Assembly (NCBI RefSeq): GCF_964213995.1
Contig: NC_135823.1
Location: 68,076,001-68,140,000 of the forward strand
DNA length: 64,000 nucleotides
DNA from: Mustelus asterias
Taxonomy: Eukaryota
Direction of reading: 5' to 3'
This document shows positions 1 through 11,695 of the stretch, piece after piece (position 1 is the first letter of the stretch; the number at the start of each line of letters is the position of its first letter). The notes beneath the pieces are model-generated. The model made no database searches. It had not been told where the DNA came from and worked only from the letters and a program-made list of their open reading frames with translations. Both the position numbers and the translations under genes were made by a program.

Positions 1-230
1 CAAGACTGTTGGCCAGGGCACCAGGAGTACCCTTTGCTCTTCTTTTAATAATGCCTTGTGATCTTCAAAGCTCACGTGAACAATAGTGCAAGACTTTGTT
101 TAATGTGTTATCTGAAGGCTTGCATCTCCTGCAAGTTTCATTACAGCAATGTCAGCCTAGAGTATTCAGTTAGAGTCTTCAAATGCACAACCTCTGACCC
201 ATTAGCCACTGACTTGGCCTAGCTGACACA
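1..230 (-). mobile_element. Degenerate Deu-domain tRNA-derived SINE (SacSINE1-like)
   Basis: Reverse complement resembles the better preserved copies at 8915-9350 and 15505-15902 (gttggccagggcaccagg, gtcagcctaga, cacaacctctgac). Confidence 0.55.
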
Positions 231-892
231 AACATTGCAGCATGCATGAAATTCTCACATGTTGTAAAAAATTAACATGTTTGTCTGCTGACTGTGCAGC
301 ATTTATGTCCACTTTTGAGTTTCAAGCATCTCAATGTACAAAATCAGGTGGAAACAGGGAAGGGTCCAAAGCCTGTGCCTGTGCACTTATTATTTTTTGA
401 AGGATTTATGGCAAGATAGAGTGAAGAAGGAAATATAGAATTTTACAGATGCTCAGGAATTCCCACAGCTCTTCACAGATAATGAAGTGTCCTTGACGTG
501 TAGCTGCTGTTATTATGCAGGTAAACATTGCTGAGAACTCCTCAGGCTGTATTCCAATGAATCAAATTGATTCTAATGATCATCTTATGATTTAAAAAAT
601 GGCTGATTATACAAGTAACAGCTTTTCACCATTTAAAAAACATACCAAACAAAGCTCCTATAGATCATATTACACATCAAAACAGAACTTTAATTACCAT
701 TGAACTTTCCTGTGTTAAACTAGATAACCTTTGGTCTCACTGGTAGCCAAAATCATTAACGCCACATTTATTGTAAAAGTGCAGCAAAATACTCACTGCA
801 ATGTACAATGGTTGCTATTGGCACTGCATATTCAAATTAAACGATAATGGGGACTGTGCAATATTGCTACAACTGTCTAAAGCTATAGCAGG

Positions 893-1198
893 GGGTGGCA
901 AGGTGGCACAGTGGTTACCACTGCTGCCTCACAGCGTCAGGGACTCGGGTTTGATTCCCGGCTTGGGTCACTGTATGTGTGGAGTTTGCACGTTCTCCAC
1001 GTGCCAGCGTGGTTTCCTCCGGGCGCTGTGGTTTCCTCCCACACTTCGAAAGACGTGCTGGTTAGGTGCATTGGCCAAACTAAATTCTCCCTCAGGATAC
1101 CTGAACAGGTGCTGGAGTGTGGCCACTAGAGGATTTTCACAGTAATTTCATTGCCATGTTAATGTAAGCCTACTTGTGACACTAATAAATAAACTTTA
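893..1198 (+). mobile_element. V-SINE (HE1-like head and core) with alternative 3' tail
   Basis: tRNA-like head with A box TGGCACAGTGG and B-box-like GGTTTGATTCC, core GGTTTCCTCCGGG...GGTTTCCTCCCAC, tail GGATTTTCACAGTAATTTCATTGC...CTACTTGTGACACTAATAAA. Confidence 0.85.
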
Positions 1199-1552
1199 AA
1201 TAATGGTATTTTATGTGACAAGCTTAGCTGGAATGCAAATTAAATTCAATTTTTTTTAGAATTTCTGTTTTTAACAATAGAATTCTATATTTATTAGGGT
1301 GCACATGCTCAGCACTGTGTTTGTGTGTGAGAGAGGATGGCTAACATGACAACAGTTACAGTATCTGGTTAACAGAGATGGGATTTAGTGAGCAATACAA
1401 GCTTTTGAAAACGAACATTCATTAGTTGTTACATTTTGTCAGACTGATGGTGCCACCCATTCATCAAATGCTGACCAAATCATACAGGGCATACCATAGT
1501 TGGCATTGCATTAGCTTGCTGAGGGAAAAACAAAATAAAAAGAACAGTTTCT

Positions 1553-1769
1553 CGACTCAAGAACAGCTTCTTCCCTGCTGTCATCAGACTTTTGAATGGA
1601 CCTACCTCACATTAAGTTGATCTTTCTCGACACCCTAGCTATGATTGTAACACTACATTCTGCACTCTCTCCTTTCCTTCTCTATGTACAGCTTGCTTTG
1701 TCTGTATTAGCGCAAGAACAATACTTTTCAGTGTATACTAATACATGTGACAATAATCAATCAAATCAA
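1553..1769 (+). mobile_element. Rex-Babar-like LINE 3' end
   Basis: Encodes LKNSFFPAVIRLLNGP and ends in an (AATCA)n-like tail; matches 35566-36355 and 47863-48220. Confidence 0.8.
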
Positions 1770-2170
1770 AGTATTTGCATTTGTATAGCACCTTGCCATC
1801 GCATCAACTGTCTCAGATTGCTTGATATAATAATGACTTACTCTGAAGTGTAGTCACTGTAGTATATAAGCAAACACTGCAGCTAGCAAGCTTCCATTTA
1901 AAAAAATGACTGGTTAGTTTCTGGTGCTGAGCAGAGAGGAATGTTGCTAAAATACGCCTGCAGAATTCCCTGCTCCAATAGAGACATGGAATCTTTTACT
2001 TCCACCTGAACAAACTTTGGTTCAGTGTCTCACCTGAAGTACAACACTTCTGGCAATGCAGCATTCACACACAACTGCAGTCAAGTGTCAGTCAGGATTA
2101 TGTGCTTGTGTCCTGAATGGGCCTTTAACCCACAATCTTTTATTTGAAAGAATACTCCCAATTGAGACAA
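1770..2170 (-). mobile_element. Degenerate Deu-domain SINE
   Basis: gaagtgtagtcactgt, ggaatcttttacttccacctga and aacccacaatct motifs shared with the other copies. Confidence 0.55.
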
Positions 2171-2398
2171 GCAAACAGATGTGTGTTTGACAGTGATTAA
2201 GGAGTTAAGAATCTCAATTGGCTTTTTAGATTAATCTCTGATCACCAGTGCGTTAAATTCAAAATCATTGTCCTTGCCTGTAAATTTGTTAGTATAGAAA
2301 TAACGTAATGACCAAATAATCTGTTTTCAGTGACATTGATTAAGGATACAGTTGTCTAGGACAACAGGGAGCACTCCCATGCTCCCCTTCGAAATAGT

Positions 2399-5300
2399 TC
2401 GAAATCATTGCGAACAAGTATGATTTGGTGGCCATTACAGAGACATGGGTGCAGGATGTTCACAACTGGGGGTTAAGTATCCAGGGGTATCAGACTGTTC
2501 GGAGGGACTGACAGGAAGGTAAGGGAACTGGTGTAGCTCTGACATTTAAGGATGACAACAGGGCAGTAATGAGAGATGATATAGGTTCTATGGAACAAAA
2601 GGTTGAATCCATTTGGGTGGAAATTAGAAATAGGAGAAAAAGTCACTGATAGGCCACCAAATAATAACATCACGGTGGGGCGAGAAATAAACAAAGAAAT
2701 AACTGATGCATGTAAAAATGGTACATCAATTATCATGGGGGATTTTAATCTCCATACGAATTGGTCAAACCAGGTCAGTCAAGGATCCTTGAGGAGTTCA
2801 TTGAATGTATCCGCGATAGCTTCCTTGAACAGTATGTAACGGAACCTACGAGGGAGCAAGCTATCCTAGATCTGGTCCTGTGTAATGAGACAGAAAAAAT
2901 TCATGGTCTTACAGTTAGGGATCCTCTCGGAAGAAGCGATCACAGTATAGGTGAATTTAAAATACAGATGGAGCGTGAGAAGGTAAAATCTAATACCAGT
3001 GTCTTGTGCTTAAACAAAGGAGACTACAAAGGGATGAGGGAGGTGTTGGCTAAGGTAGACTGGGAGCAAAAACTTTATGGTGGGACAATTGAGGAACAGT
3101 GGAGGACTTTCAAAGCGATCTTTCACAGTGCTCAGCAAAAGTATATACCAGTGATAAGGAAGGACTGTAGAAAAAGAGATAATCAGCCATGGATATCTAA
3201 GAAAATAAAGGAGGGTATCAAATTGAAAGAAAAGGCATACAAAGTGGCAAAGATTAGTGGGAACCTAGAGGATTGGGAAATCTTTAAAGGTCAACAGCCA
3301 CGAAAAAAGCTATAAAGAAAAGTAAGATGAATTATGAGAGTAAACTAACTCAGAATAAAAAAACAGATAGCAACAGTTTCTACAAATATATAAAACGAAA
3401 AAGAGTGGCTAAAGTAAACATTGGTCCTTTAGAGGATAAGAAGGGGGTGTAATAACTGGAAATGAGAAAATGGCTGAGGCATTGAACAGGTATTTTGTGT
3501 CGGTCTTCACAGTGGAAGACACAAATAACATGCCAAAAATTGAAGACAGGAAGGCTACGACAGGTGACCTAGAAAGTATCATTATCACGAAAGAGGTAGT
3601 GTTGGGCAAGCTAATGGGGCTAAAGGTAAACAAGTCTCCTGGCCCTGATGGAATGCACCCCAGGGTACTAAAAAAGATGGTGGGAGAAATAGCAAATGCA
3701 CTAGTGGTAATTTACCAAAATTCGCTGGACTCTGGGGTGGTTCCAGCAGATTGGAAAACGGCAAATGTGACACCACTGTTTAAAAAGGAGGTAGACAAAA
3801 GGTGGGTAACTATAGGCCGGTTAGCTTAACTTCTGTAGTAGAGAAAATGCTTGAATCTATCATCAAGGAAGAAATATCGAGACATCTGGATATAAATTGT
3901 CCCATTGGTAAGATGCAGCATGGGTTCATGAAGGGCAGGTTGTGTTTGACCAATTTGGTGGGATTCTTTGAGAACATTACATGCGCAGTGGACAATGGGG
4001 AACCTGTGGATGTGGTGTACCTGGATTTTCAGAAGGCATTTGACAAGGTGCCGCACCAAAGATTGCTGCATAAGTTAAAGGTGCACGGTGTTACAGGTAA
4101 TGTATTAGCAGGGATAGAGGATTGGTTAACTAACGAAGCAAAGAGTGGGGGTAAATGGGTTTTTTTCTAGTTGGCGCTCAGTGACTTGTGGTGTGTCTCA
4201 GGGATCAGTGTTGGGACTGCAGTTGTTTACGATTTACATAGATGATTTGGAGTTGGGTACCAAGTGTAGTGTGTCAAAATTCGCAGATGACACGAAGATG
4301 AGTGGCAGAGCAAACTGTGCAGAGGATGCAGAAAGTCTGCAAAGGGATATAGATAGTCTAAGTGAGTGGGCGAGGGTCTGGCAGATGGAATACAATGTTG
4401 GTAAATGTGAGATCATCCATTTTGGTAGGAATGACAGCAAAATGGACTATTATTTAAATAGTATAAAATTGTAGCATGCTGCTGTGCAGAGGGACCTGGG
4501 TGTCCTTGTGCAAGAATCACAAGGAGTTGGTTTGTGGATGCAGCAGGTCATTAAGAAGGCAAATGGAATTTTGTCCTTCGATGCTAGAGGGATGGAGTTT
4601 AAAAACAGTGAGGAAAGGATGTGTAGATAGTTTCAGTCATGTTGAGATCAAAAAGGAGGAAGTATTGGGGTTCTTGAGAAACATTAAGGTAGACAAGTCC
4701 CCAGGGCCTGATGGGATATACCCCAGAATACTGAGAGAGCCAAGGGAGGAAATTGCTGGGGCCTTGAGAGAAATCTTTGTATCCTCACTGGCTACAGGGG
4801 AGGTCCCAGAGGATTGGACAATAGCCAATGTTGTTCCTTTGTTTAAGAAGGGTAGCAAGAATAATTCAGGTAATTACAGGCCGGTGAGCCTTACCTCAGT
4901 GGTAGGGAAATTATTGGAGAGGATTCTTTGAGACAAGATTTATTCCCACTTGGAAATAAGTGGACATATTAGTGAGAGGCAATATGGTTTTGTGAAGGGG
5001 AGGTCGTGTCTCACAAACTTGATTGAGTTTTTCGAGGAAGTGACGAAGATGATTGATGAAGGTAGGGCAGTGGATGTTGTCTACATGGACTTCAGTAAGT
5101 CCTTTGACAAGGTCCCTCATGGCAGACTGGTGCAGAAGGTGAAGTCGCATGGGACCAGAGGTGAGCTAGCAAGGTGGATACAAAACTGACTCGGTCAAAG
5201 AAGACAGAGGGTAGCAGTGGAAGGGTGCGTTTCTGAATGGAGGGCTGTGACAAGTGGTGTTCCTCAGGGATCAGTGCTGGGACCTTTGCTGTTTGTAATA

Positions 5301-6863
5301 TATATAAATGATTTGGAGGAAAATGTAACTGGATTGATTAGTAAGTTTGCGGACGACACAAAGGTTGGTGGATTTGCGGATAGCGATGAGAACCATCAGA
5401 GGATACAGCAGGATATGGATCAGTTGGAAACTTGGGCGGAGAGATGGCAGATGGAGTTTAATCTGGACAAATGTGAGGTAATGCATTTCGGAAGGTCTAA
5501 TACAGATAGGAAATATATAGTAAATGGCAGAACCCTTAAGAGTTTTGATAGGCAAAGGGATCTGGGTGTCCAGGTACACAGGTCACTGAAAGTGGCAATG
5601 CAGGTGGAGAAGGTAGTCAAGAAGGCATATGGCATGCTTGCCTTCATTGGCCGGGGCATTGAGTTTAAAAATTGGCACGTCATGTTGCAGCTTTATAGAA
5701 CATTAGTTAGGCCGCACTTGGAATATAGTGTTCAATTCTGGTTGCCACACTACCAGAAGATGTGGAGGCTTTGGAGAGGGTACAGAAAAGATTTACCAGG
5801 ATGTTGCCTGGTATGGGGGGCATTAGCTACGAAGAGAGGTTGGAGAGACTTGGTTTGTTCTCACTGGAACGACGGAGGTTGAGGGGAGACCTGATAGAAG
5901 CCTACAAGATTATGAGGGGCATGGACAGAGTGGATAGTCAGAAGCTTTTTCCCAGGGTGAAAGAGTCAATTACTAGGGGGCATAGGTTTAAGGTGCGAGG
6001 GGCAAGGCTTAAAGGAGATGTACGAGGCAGATTTTTTACACAGAGGGTGGTGGGTGCCTGGAACTCGTTGCCGGGGAGGTAGTGGAAGCGGATACGGTAG
6101 TGACTTTTAAGGGGCATCTTGACAAGTACATGAATAGGATAGGAATAGAGGGATATGGTCCCTGGTAGGGTAGGGGGTTTTAGTTAAGTCGGGCAGCATG
6201 GTCGGTGCAGGCTTGGAGGGCCAAAGGGCCTGTTCCTGTGCTGTAATTTTCTTTGTTCTTTGTTATGTTGCAGCTGTATAAGGTACTGGTGAGGCTACAC
6301 CTGGAGTACTGTGTACAGTTTTGGTCTCCTTACTTGAGAAAGGATATACTGACACTGCAGGGGGTGCAGAGGAGATTCACTAGGTTGATTCCGGAGTTGA
6401 GAGGGTTGGCTTATGAGGAGAGACTGAGTAGACTGCAGCTATACTCATTGGAATTCAGAAGGATCAGGGGAGATCTTATAGAAACATATAAAATTATGAA
6501 GGGAATAGATAAGATAGAAGCAGGGAAGTTGTTTTCACTGGCAGGTGAAAGTGGAACCCGGGGGCATGGCCTCAAAATAAGGGGAAGCAGATTTAGGACT
6601 GAGTTGAGGAGGAACTTCTTCACACAAAGGGTTTTGAATCTGTGGAATTCCCTACCCAGTGAAGCAGTTGAGGCTACCTCATTGAATGTTTTTAAGGCAA
6701 GGATAGATGCATTTTTGAACAGTAAAGGAATTAAGGGTTATGGTGAGCGGGCGGCTAAGTGGAGCTGAGTCCATGAAAAGATCAGCCATGATCTTATTGA
6801 ATGGCGGAGCAGGCTTGAGGGGCCAGATGGCCTACTCCTGCTCCTAGTTCTAATGTTCTTATG
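2399..6863 (+). mobile_element. CR1-clade LINE, 5'-truncated, frameshifted ORF2, interrupted at 4614-6262
   Basis: APE motifs (AITETW, IMGDFN, SDH), RT motifs (YLDFQKAFDKVPH, QGSVLG, KFADDTK), C-terminus LEYCVQFWSP at 6263-6768, 3' stem-loop and (TTCTTATG)-like tail. Confidence 0.95.
4614..6262 (+). mobile_element. Younger CR1 LINE (5'-truncated) nested inside the previous CR1
   Basis: Second RT domain (DKSPGPDG, YMDFSK, KFADDTK), own tail cctgtgctgtaattttctttgttctttg; the host frame KNSE|VMLQ is restored when it is removed. Confidence 0.93.
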
Positions 6864-8080
6864 TCATGGAATCATTTATACCCACTTCTGAGAGAAAACA
6901 GGACCTTGGTTTAGCATCTTATCTGAAAGAAGGCACAGGAATGGTGGCCTAGATCATTCTCAAGTGTCTGGAGTGAGTCTTGATCCCACAGCTTAACTCA
7001 AGTACTATCAACCAAGCCACTCTTTTTTATTCATTAAAAATAAGTGTAAAGTTTTGAATCAATGTCAGCGTCCATGAAGAGATGTCCAAGAAAAAATTAC
7101 CAAGATCATTTGCATTAGAACATTATTTTCTCCAAGGTTTCATGTGCAAGCTATAGTTGGCCCCATTTACAAAAATAGAAACTCAAGCTTATTCCATTTG
7201 TAGTCCAGGAAATGTTGTTTATAAACATAATTATGACCCTAAACACCATCTACGTGCACTTTCAGTAAAATCTATGCATTTCCGTTTGCCTGTCATGTAA
7301 ATTACGGTTTTTTATTTTTCCAACAGCTGTGCCACCATCTTCCCTGATTTTTCAAGCGCTCAAATAGGATGTGGAATGATGCATCAGTGCGTAAGCACCA
7401 AGTAGCTGCTCCTACCCCTTCAGTTCTGCACCTGGTCCTTCCTTGCCTCTAAATATGATGTTAAGCATGTGCTACCCTCTCAGACTGGAGAAGAGAAATG
7501 AAGCTGATTCACTGCAGGAGGGCAGCAAGTGCTTAAAATGAGAAGCTACTGTGAGGAAGGAGGAGGTGCAGCACTACAATGAGTGAAGCAGAAAATAAGT
7601 AGTCTTTGTAAGGCATGTGTGCTTGTTCTACTAAGCATCTTTTTATAGAGTTATCTTTTGTTTTAAATTGCCAATGCAATGGTAATTTGCAAGCCACTTG
7701 GAAAATAAGTCACTGGAGAACTTGCTGAATGAAAATGAATTTAATGCATTTTGTTTTATCAAATGAATATTTCCAATACATGATCTACATGATCCTAAGC
7801 AAGGATGGAAAATTTGGCACTCAGCCAAATCTCTGTTCACTGCAGCAGGACCAAAAATCCTGGTGTGAAAGGCCAGAAAATTCCCCCGAATGTTTTGGGC
7901 CTGCATGATTCTGTCTGGAATTGCATCACCTCAAGTAGATAAGTTCAAAAATCAGGGTGGAAGGGAAATGGCAGGGACCCACGGAACTCTGATCAATGTA
8001 AACAAGGAATTGGGATCAGAGAATCTGCTTACAGGATTGGGGATGACAGCTGGAGTAGATAGGGGAGACCAGCGTTACCC

Positions 8081-8432
8081 TTATGGGGTCAGGAGGAGCA
8101 CTCGTGCCAACAAAGAACATTTATAAAGTAGCATCGGAATTTTCTATAGCAAGAAACCTGGTTGCTAGCAGGCTTGAGACAATGCAGGCTTTAGTTGGAA
8201 CCATAGTTAGAATGACGTTCAGGACCCAATTATTAATTGTTTATCAACTGTGCTTAATTATATGCAGGTGGAGGACATTTAACTGGAGTTTTACTTAAGC
8301 ACATAAAGAGACACTGAAAAGGGAAAGAGGCGTTGAGTTAGGAGGTATATGCTTATGATGTTTCACTCTAAATAAATATAAGACTGAGTTAAGATTGGCT
8401 CTAGCATTACCCTTCACCAACTGATTTATGAC
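8081..8432 (+). mobile_element. Possible degenerate LTR
   Basis: Non-coding block with TATA-like and AATAAA signals ending ...atgaca followed by ctgg; family not identified. Confidence 0.25.
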
Positions 8433-8914
8433 ACTGGGACATGGCAATGCCATTTAAATTAGAACCCTGCTCCTGGACTGTTACCTGTGCCCAATTTCAA
8501 GCCAAATAAAATGGTTAAGGGATGGGAACTAAATGTCATTGCTGAGAGATAGTGATAGTCCCTTAATTATGGGCAAATGACTGTTAACAGGTATACAAAA
8601 TCTAAGGTTTAAAATTAGTTTAAAAAAGAATCGGAAAATATTTGAACATTTTGTCATTTGAGACTTCCATCTTCTAAAAACTGAGTCGTGTTCAGATTTT
8701 CAAGCAACTCTTTGAAATGGATGCGGAACGGTTTCACCTGTCAGGGAAACCTATATCTGAGCAGCCCCACAAGTCATTTGTACCATTTAAAAGTCTATAA
8801 TCCTGAAGGTGACCAGCAAAATCAGCTCAGAATTCGGTGCAAAATACCAAACAGATGAAACCTGTACCCTAAAGAGAAAATACTCTTAGGACGCTGTACA
8901 TCAGACTTTATGAA

Positions 8915-9350
8915 AGAACTTGAATTTAAATAGTGATTTTCACATTCTTGGGGCATCTCAAGTGTCTCACAGTCTTTTGAAGTACAATCATTCCCTTGTG
9001 GGCAAATGCAGCAGCCATTTTGTGCAGAGCTAGGTTGCACAAACAGCAGTCAGACAAATGGCCAGCTAATCTGCTTTGGATGGTTCTGGTTAGGGGCTCA
9101 ATGTTTGGACACAACACCAATGAAAGCCTCTACACTTTTTCAAGTTGTGCTGTGGGATGTTTTTCATCTATCTGCACAGGCAGACAGGGCCTCAATTAAA
9201 CATCTTGAAAGATGTAACTTTTGATGATTATTACTGTATTATATTATTATTATTAATATTATACTGAGATGTCCGCTGACATTATATACTTAAATCCTGG
9301 AGTGGCACATGAGGCCACAACCTCCTGACTCGGTAAGAGTCAAGGTTGAC
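8915..9350 (-). mobile_element. Deu-domain SINE (SacSINE1-like)
   Basis: aaatgcagcagccattttgtgcagagc, gggatgtttttcatctatctg, cacaacctcctgactc; near full length. Confidence 0.65.
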
Positions 9351-9748
9351 TCCTAAATAAAATTGGCTGAATGCAGTTTGACAGCAAGATCACTGAACAG
9401 CACAGCTGGTCCCTTTATGTTACCTAATAGCTTACAGGCAAAGCTAATTCATGCAAATTGTCAGCAGTAGAATCTTGGGTGCCCAGACACAATACTTGGA
9501 TATGGCCAGCAAAGTTGGTATCTTAGAGGGACAAGCTGTGGCCAATTTTATTGTGTGTGTGGAGCGAAAGATGTCCTAATGCCACCTTATCCATTTTTAT
9601 GTCTCCAATAAAGAAAACATAACCCCACATTATTTTTGCAAAACCTGAGCGGCTTTAAATTGGAAATGTCTTGGTGTTCCTGCTGGCTTTGTGTCTGTGC
9701 TGCATGATGATGGCTTTAACTCAGTAAAATCTGACATGTAAACAGGTA

Positions 9749-9877
9749 GGCTGGAATTTTACTAGCCCCCATCCGCCATGGGAATCGGAGCGGGTGAGAT
9801 GAGGAGCATGGGAAGGTCCGTTTACCTCAGGCGGGATTTTACTGTTTCGGGATGAGCAAGGCCGTAAAATCCTGCCT
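9749..9877. mobile_element. About 130-bp MITE-like element with TIRs
   Basis: Ends GGCTGGAATTTTAC ... GTAAAATCCTGCC; internal sequence shared with 20690-20815, 48730-48847 and 63541-63669. Confidence 0.7.
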
Positions 9878-11562
9878 GTAATCTATAAAAGCAACTTGTA
9901 ATCAGGGCACAGGAGATGTACAACTTTCCTGGAGAAGATTCTCTTCCCCATCCCTCACTGTATTCCCTCCTTTGTGCTTACCTCTTGACACCTGCCTGGA
10001 TAATCAAACTGAAAGCCCTGTCTGGGAAGTGCTGGACTATATTAAGCCTCCATAACATTCCATTCCAGCTTTTGAAGTTGAAATTTAAACTGTGATGCAT
10101 ATTTATTATTTAAATAATGAGCAAGTGAATAATCTAACAGAAGAGTGTCTTTTATCTAATCCCTTGGGTAGACATAATAATAAAAGATCCCAATTCTGTG
10201 AAATAACCTAATCCATTGTAATTACTTTTTAAATGCATGGTATTTTTCCCCATCTTTTTGAAATATCAATCTCTCATGAGATTTTCAGTCTTTTTGTTTC
10301 TGAGGTTTAAAATGATTGTCTCACTCATGCACTTCTCCAACTGCCAACTGAAAATTGTGTGTGGGTTGCCTCTGAAACCTGCTACCTAGTCCATAATCAC
10401 AAACAATAAACCAGGATAGGCTTGAAATCTTGGTTATAACAGACTGTTAAATTTCCAAAGTATGATGGAGTTTCAAAGAAGGAAAATTAACTAAATTAAA
10501 TCATGGATAATAATATATAATATCAATTTCTAATCTTTTGCTGTATTTGATAAACGATGGGCAATGACAAAGGATTGGAAAAGGCCTGCAATTTCTGTGC
10601 TGTAATTGGTTTATATTACTGCAGTGGCTTCAGGTTTGTGCTAACAGCTTTACAAGTGGAAGATGGAAAATTATTTCAAGTAAGTAAATATAAGTGTTTC
10701 TGAAAGCAGGTAGTTTTTGAGTCATCTTGGAGTAACTTAATTTACCTATGTGCACAGGCACTATAAGCAAAGATGGCTGAGATGCACACATTACCTTTAA
10801 TCATATCAGCATACATCAACGTGAGAAGGCATGTTGAGGTTTAATAATATTTTAACAGAAGCCAAAAGTTGTCACTGCAGGGTATTATTTAATTATTTTG
10901 CCGTCTATTGTATTTTTGCCACAGAAGACAGAATGAGTTCTGCTGTAGCCTCCCACAGGTTTCCTTCAGTCCATGGTGTAATAGAATGTTGCCATTACGG
11001 TTCTCCAAATCAGATCATTCTTGTCTAATAATCTGATGAATTTGTGTTGAGCTTCATTTGTTAATGTTCTGATAATGAAAAAACGAGCAGGTAAATTACT
11101 CCCCATGCATGGTTCCTTTTCACATCTGTAATTAAAAGGAAATTGTGATGGTGCAAAACTCTTTGTTTCTAAATAAGCAATCTAGTGATGTAAGGAGTGT
11201 CGCCATTTTGTGATGGTAAGACCAATCATTCCAGCAACAACACAGATGTTCATTCGAAAATATAATTGCATTGCAGAAATTAAGTGAGACAGTTGTTGGT
11301 TTTGAAGGGCACCGCAGTGCTCTTTTACAGAGCAATATGAACAGCTTTTATTGTAGTAAATGGTAATTTTGCATGCCACTTCTCATTAGATTCATGGTAC
11401 AGAGTTAGATTTCCAATTATCACCAGCTCTTTCTTCAAGCGTAAAGAGATTTTCTCAAACCCAAAGCGGTTTAACCCTCACACTATTAAACTTTCTCTGT
11501 CAAGTTATCAAGTTAAACTGAACAGATTAAGAAAAATAGAAAAATATTTAATGCAATAATAC

Positions 11563-11695
11563 GAAAGCAAAATACTGTGGATGCTGGAAATCTGAAATGA
11601 AAATGGAAAGTGCTGGAAATACTCAGCATATTTGGCAGCATCTGTAACGAGAGAACAGTTAACCTTGCAGGTCTGTGAACTTTGTTCAGAATGTC
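11563..11695 (-). mobile_element. Penelope-like pseudo-LTR fragment with decayed hammerhead
   Basis: gatgctggaaatctgaaat...gctggaaatactcagc...gcagcatctg matches the reverse complement of the pLTR at 49024-49445. Confidence 0.6.

Larger units (their letters stand above)
2300..7020 (-). mobile_element. Deu-domain SINE split by a CR1 insertion (halves about 2300-2398 and 6862-7020)
   Basis: ...ccccttcgaaatag at 2397 joins tgtcatggaatcatttatacccac at 6862 to restore the SINE sequence. Confidence 0.65.

Noticed and set aside
801-1145. Recurrent short ORFs (SLSVWSLH, RGFPPGAP) as a gene family
   Set aside because: They are translations of V-SINE copies.
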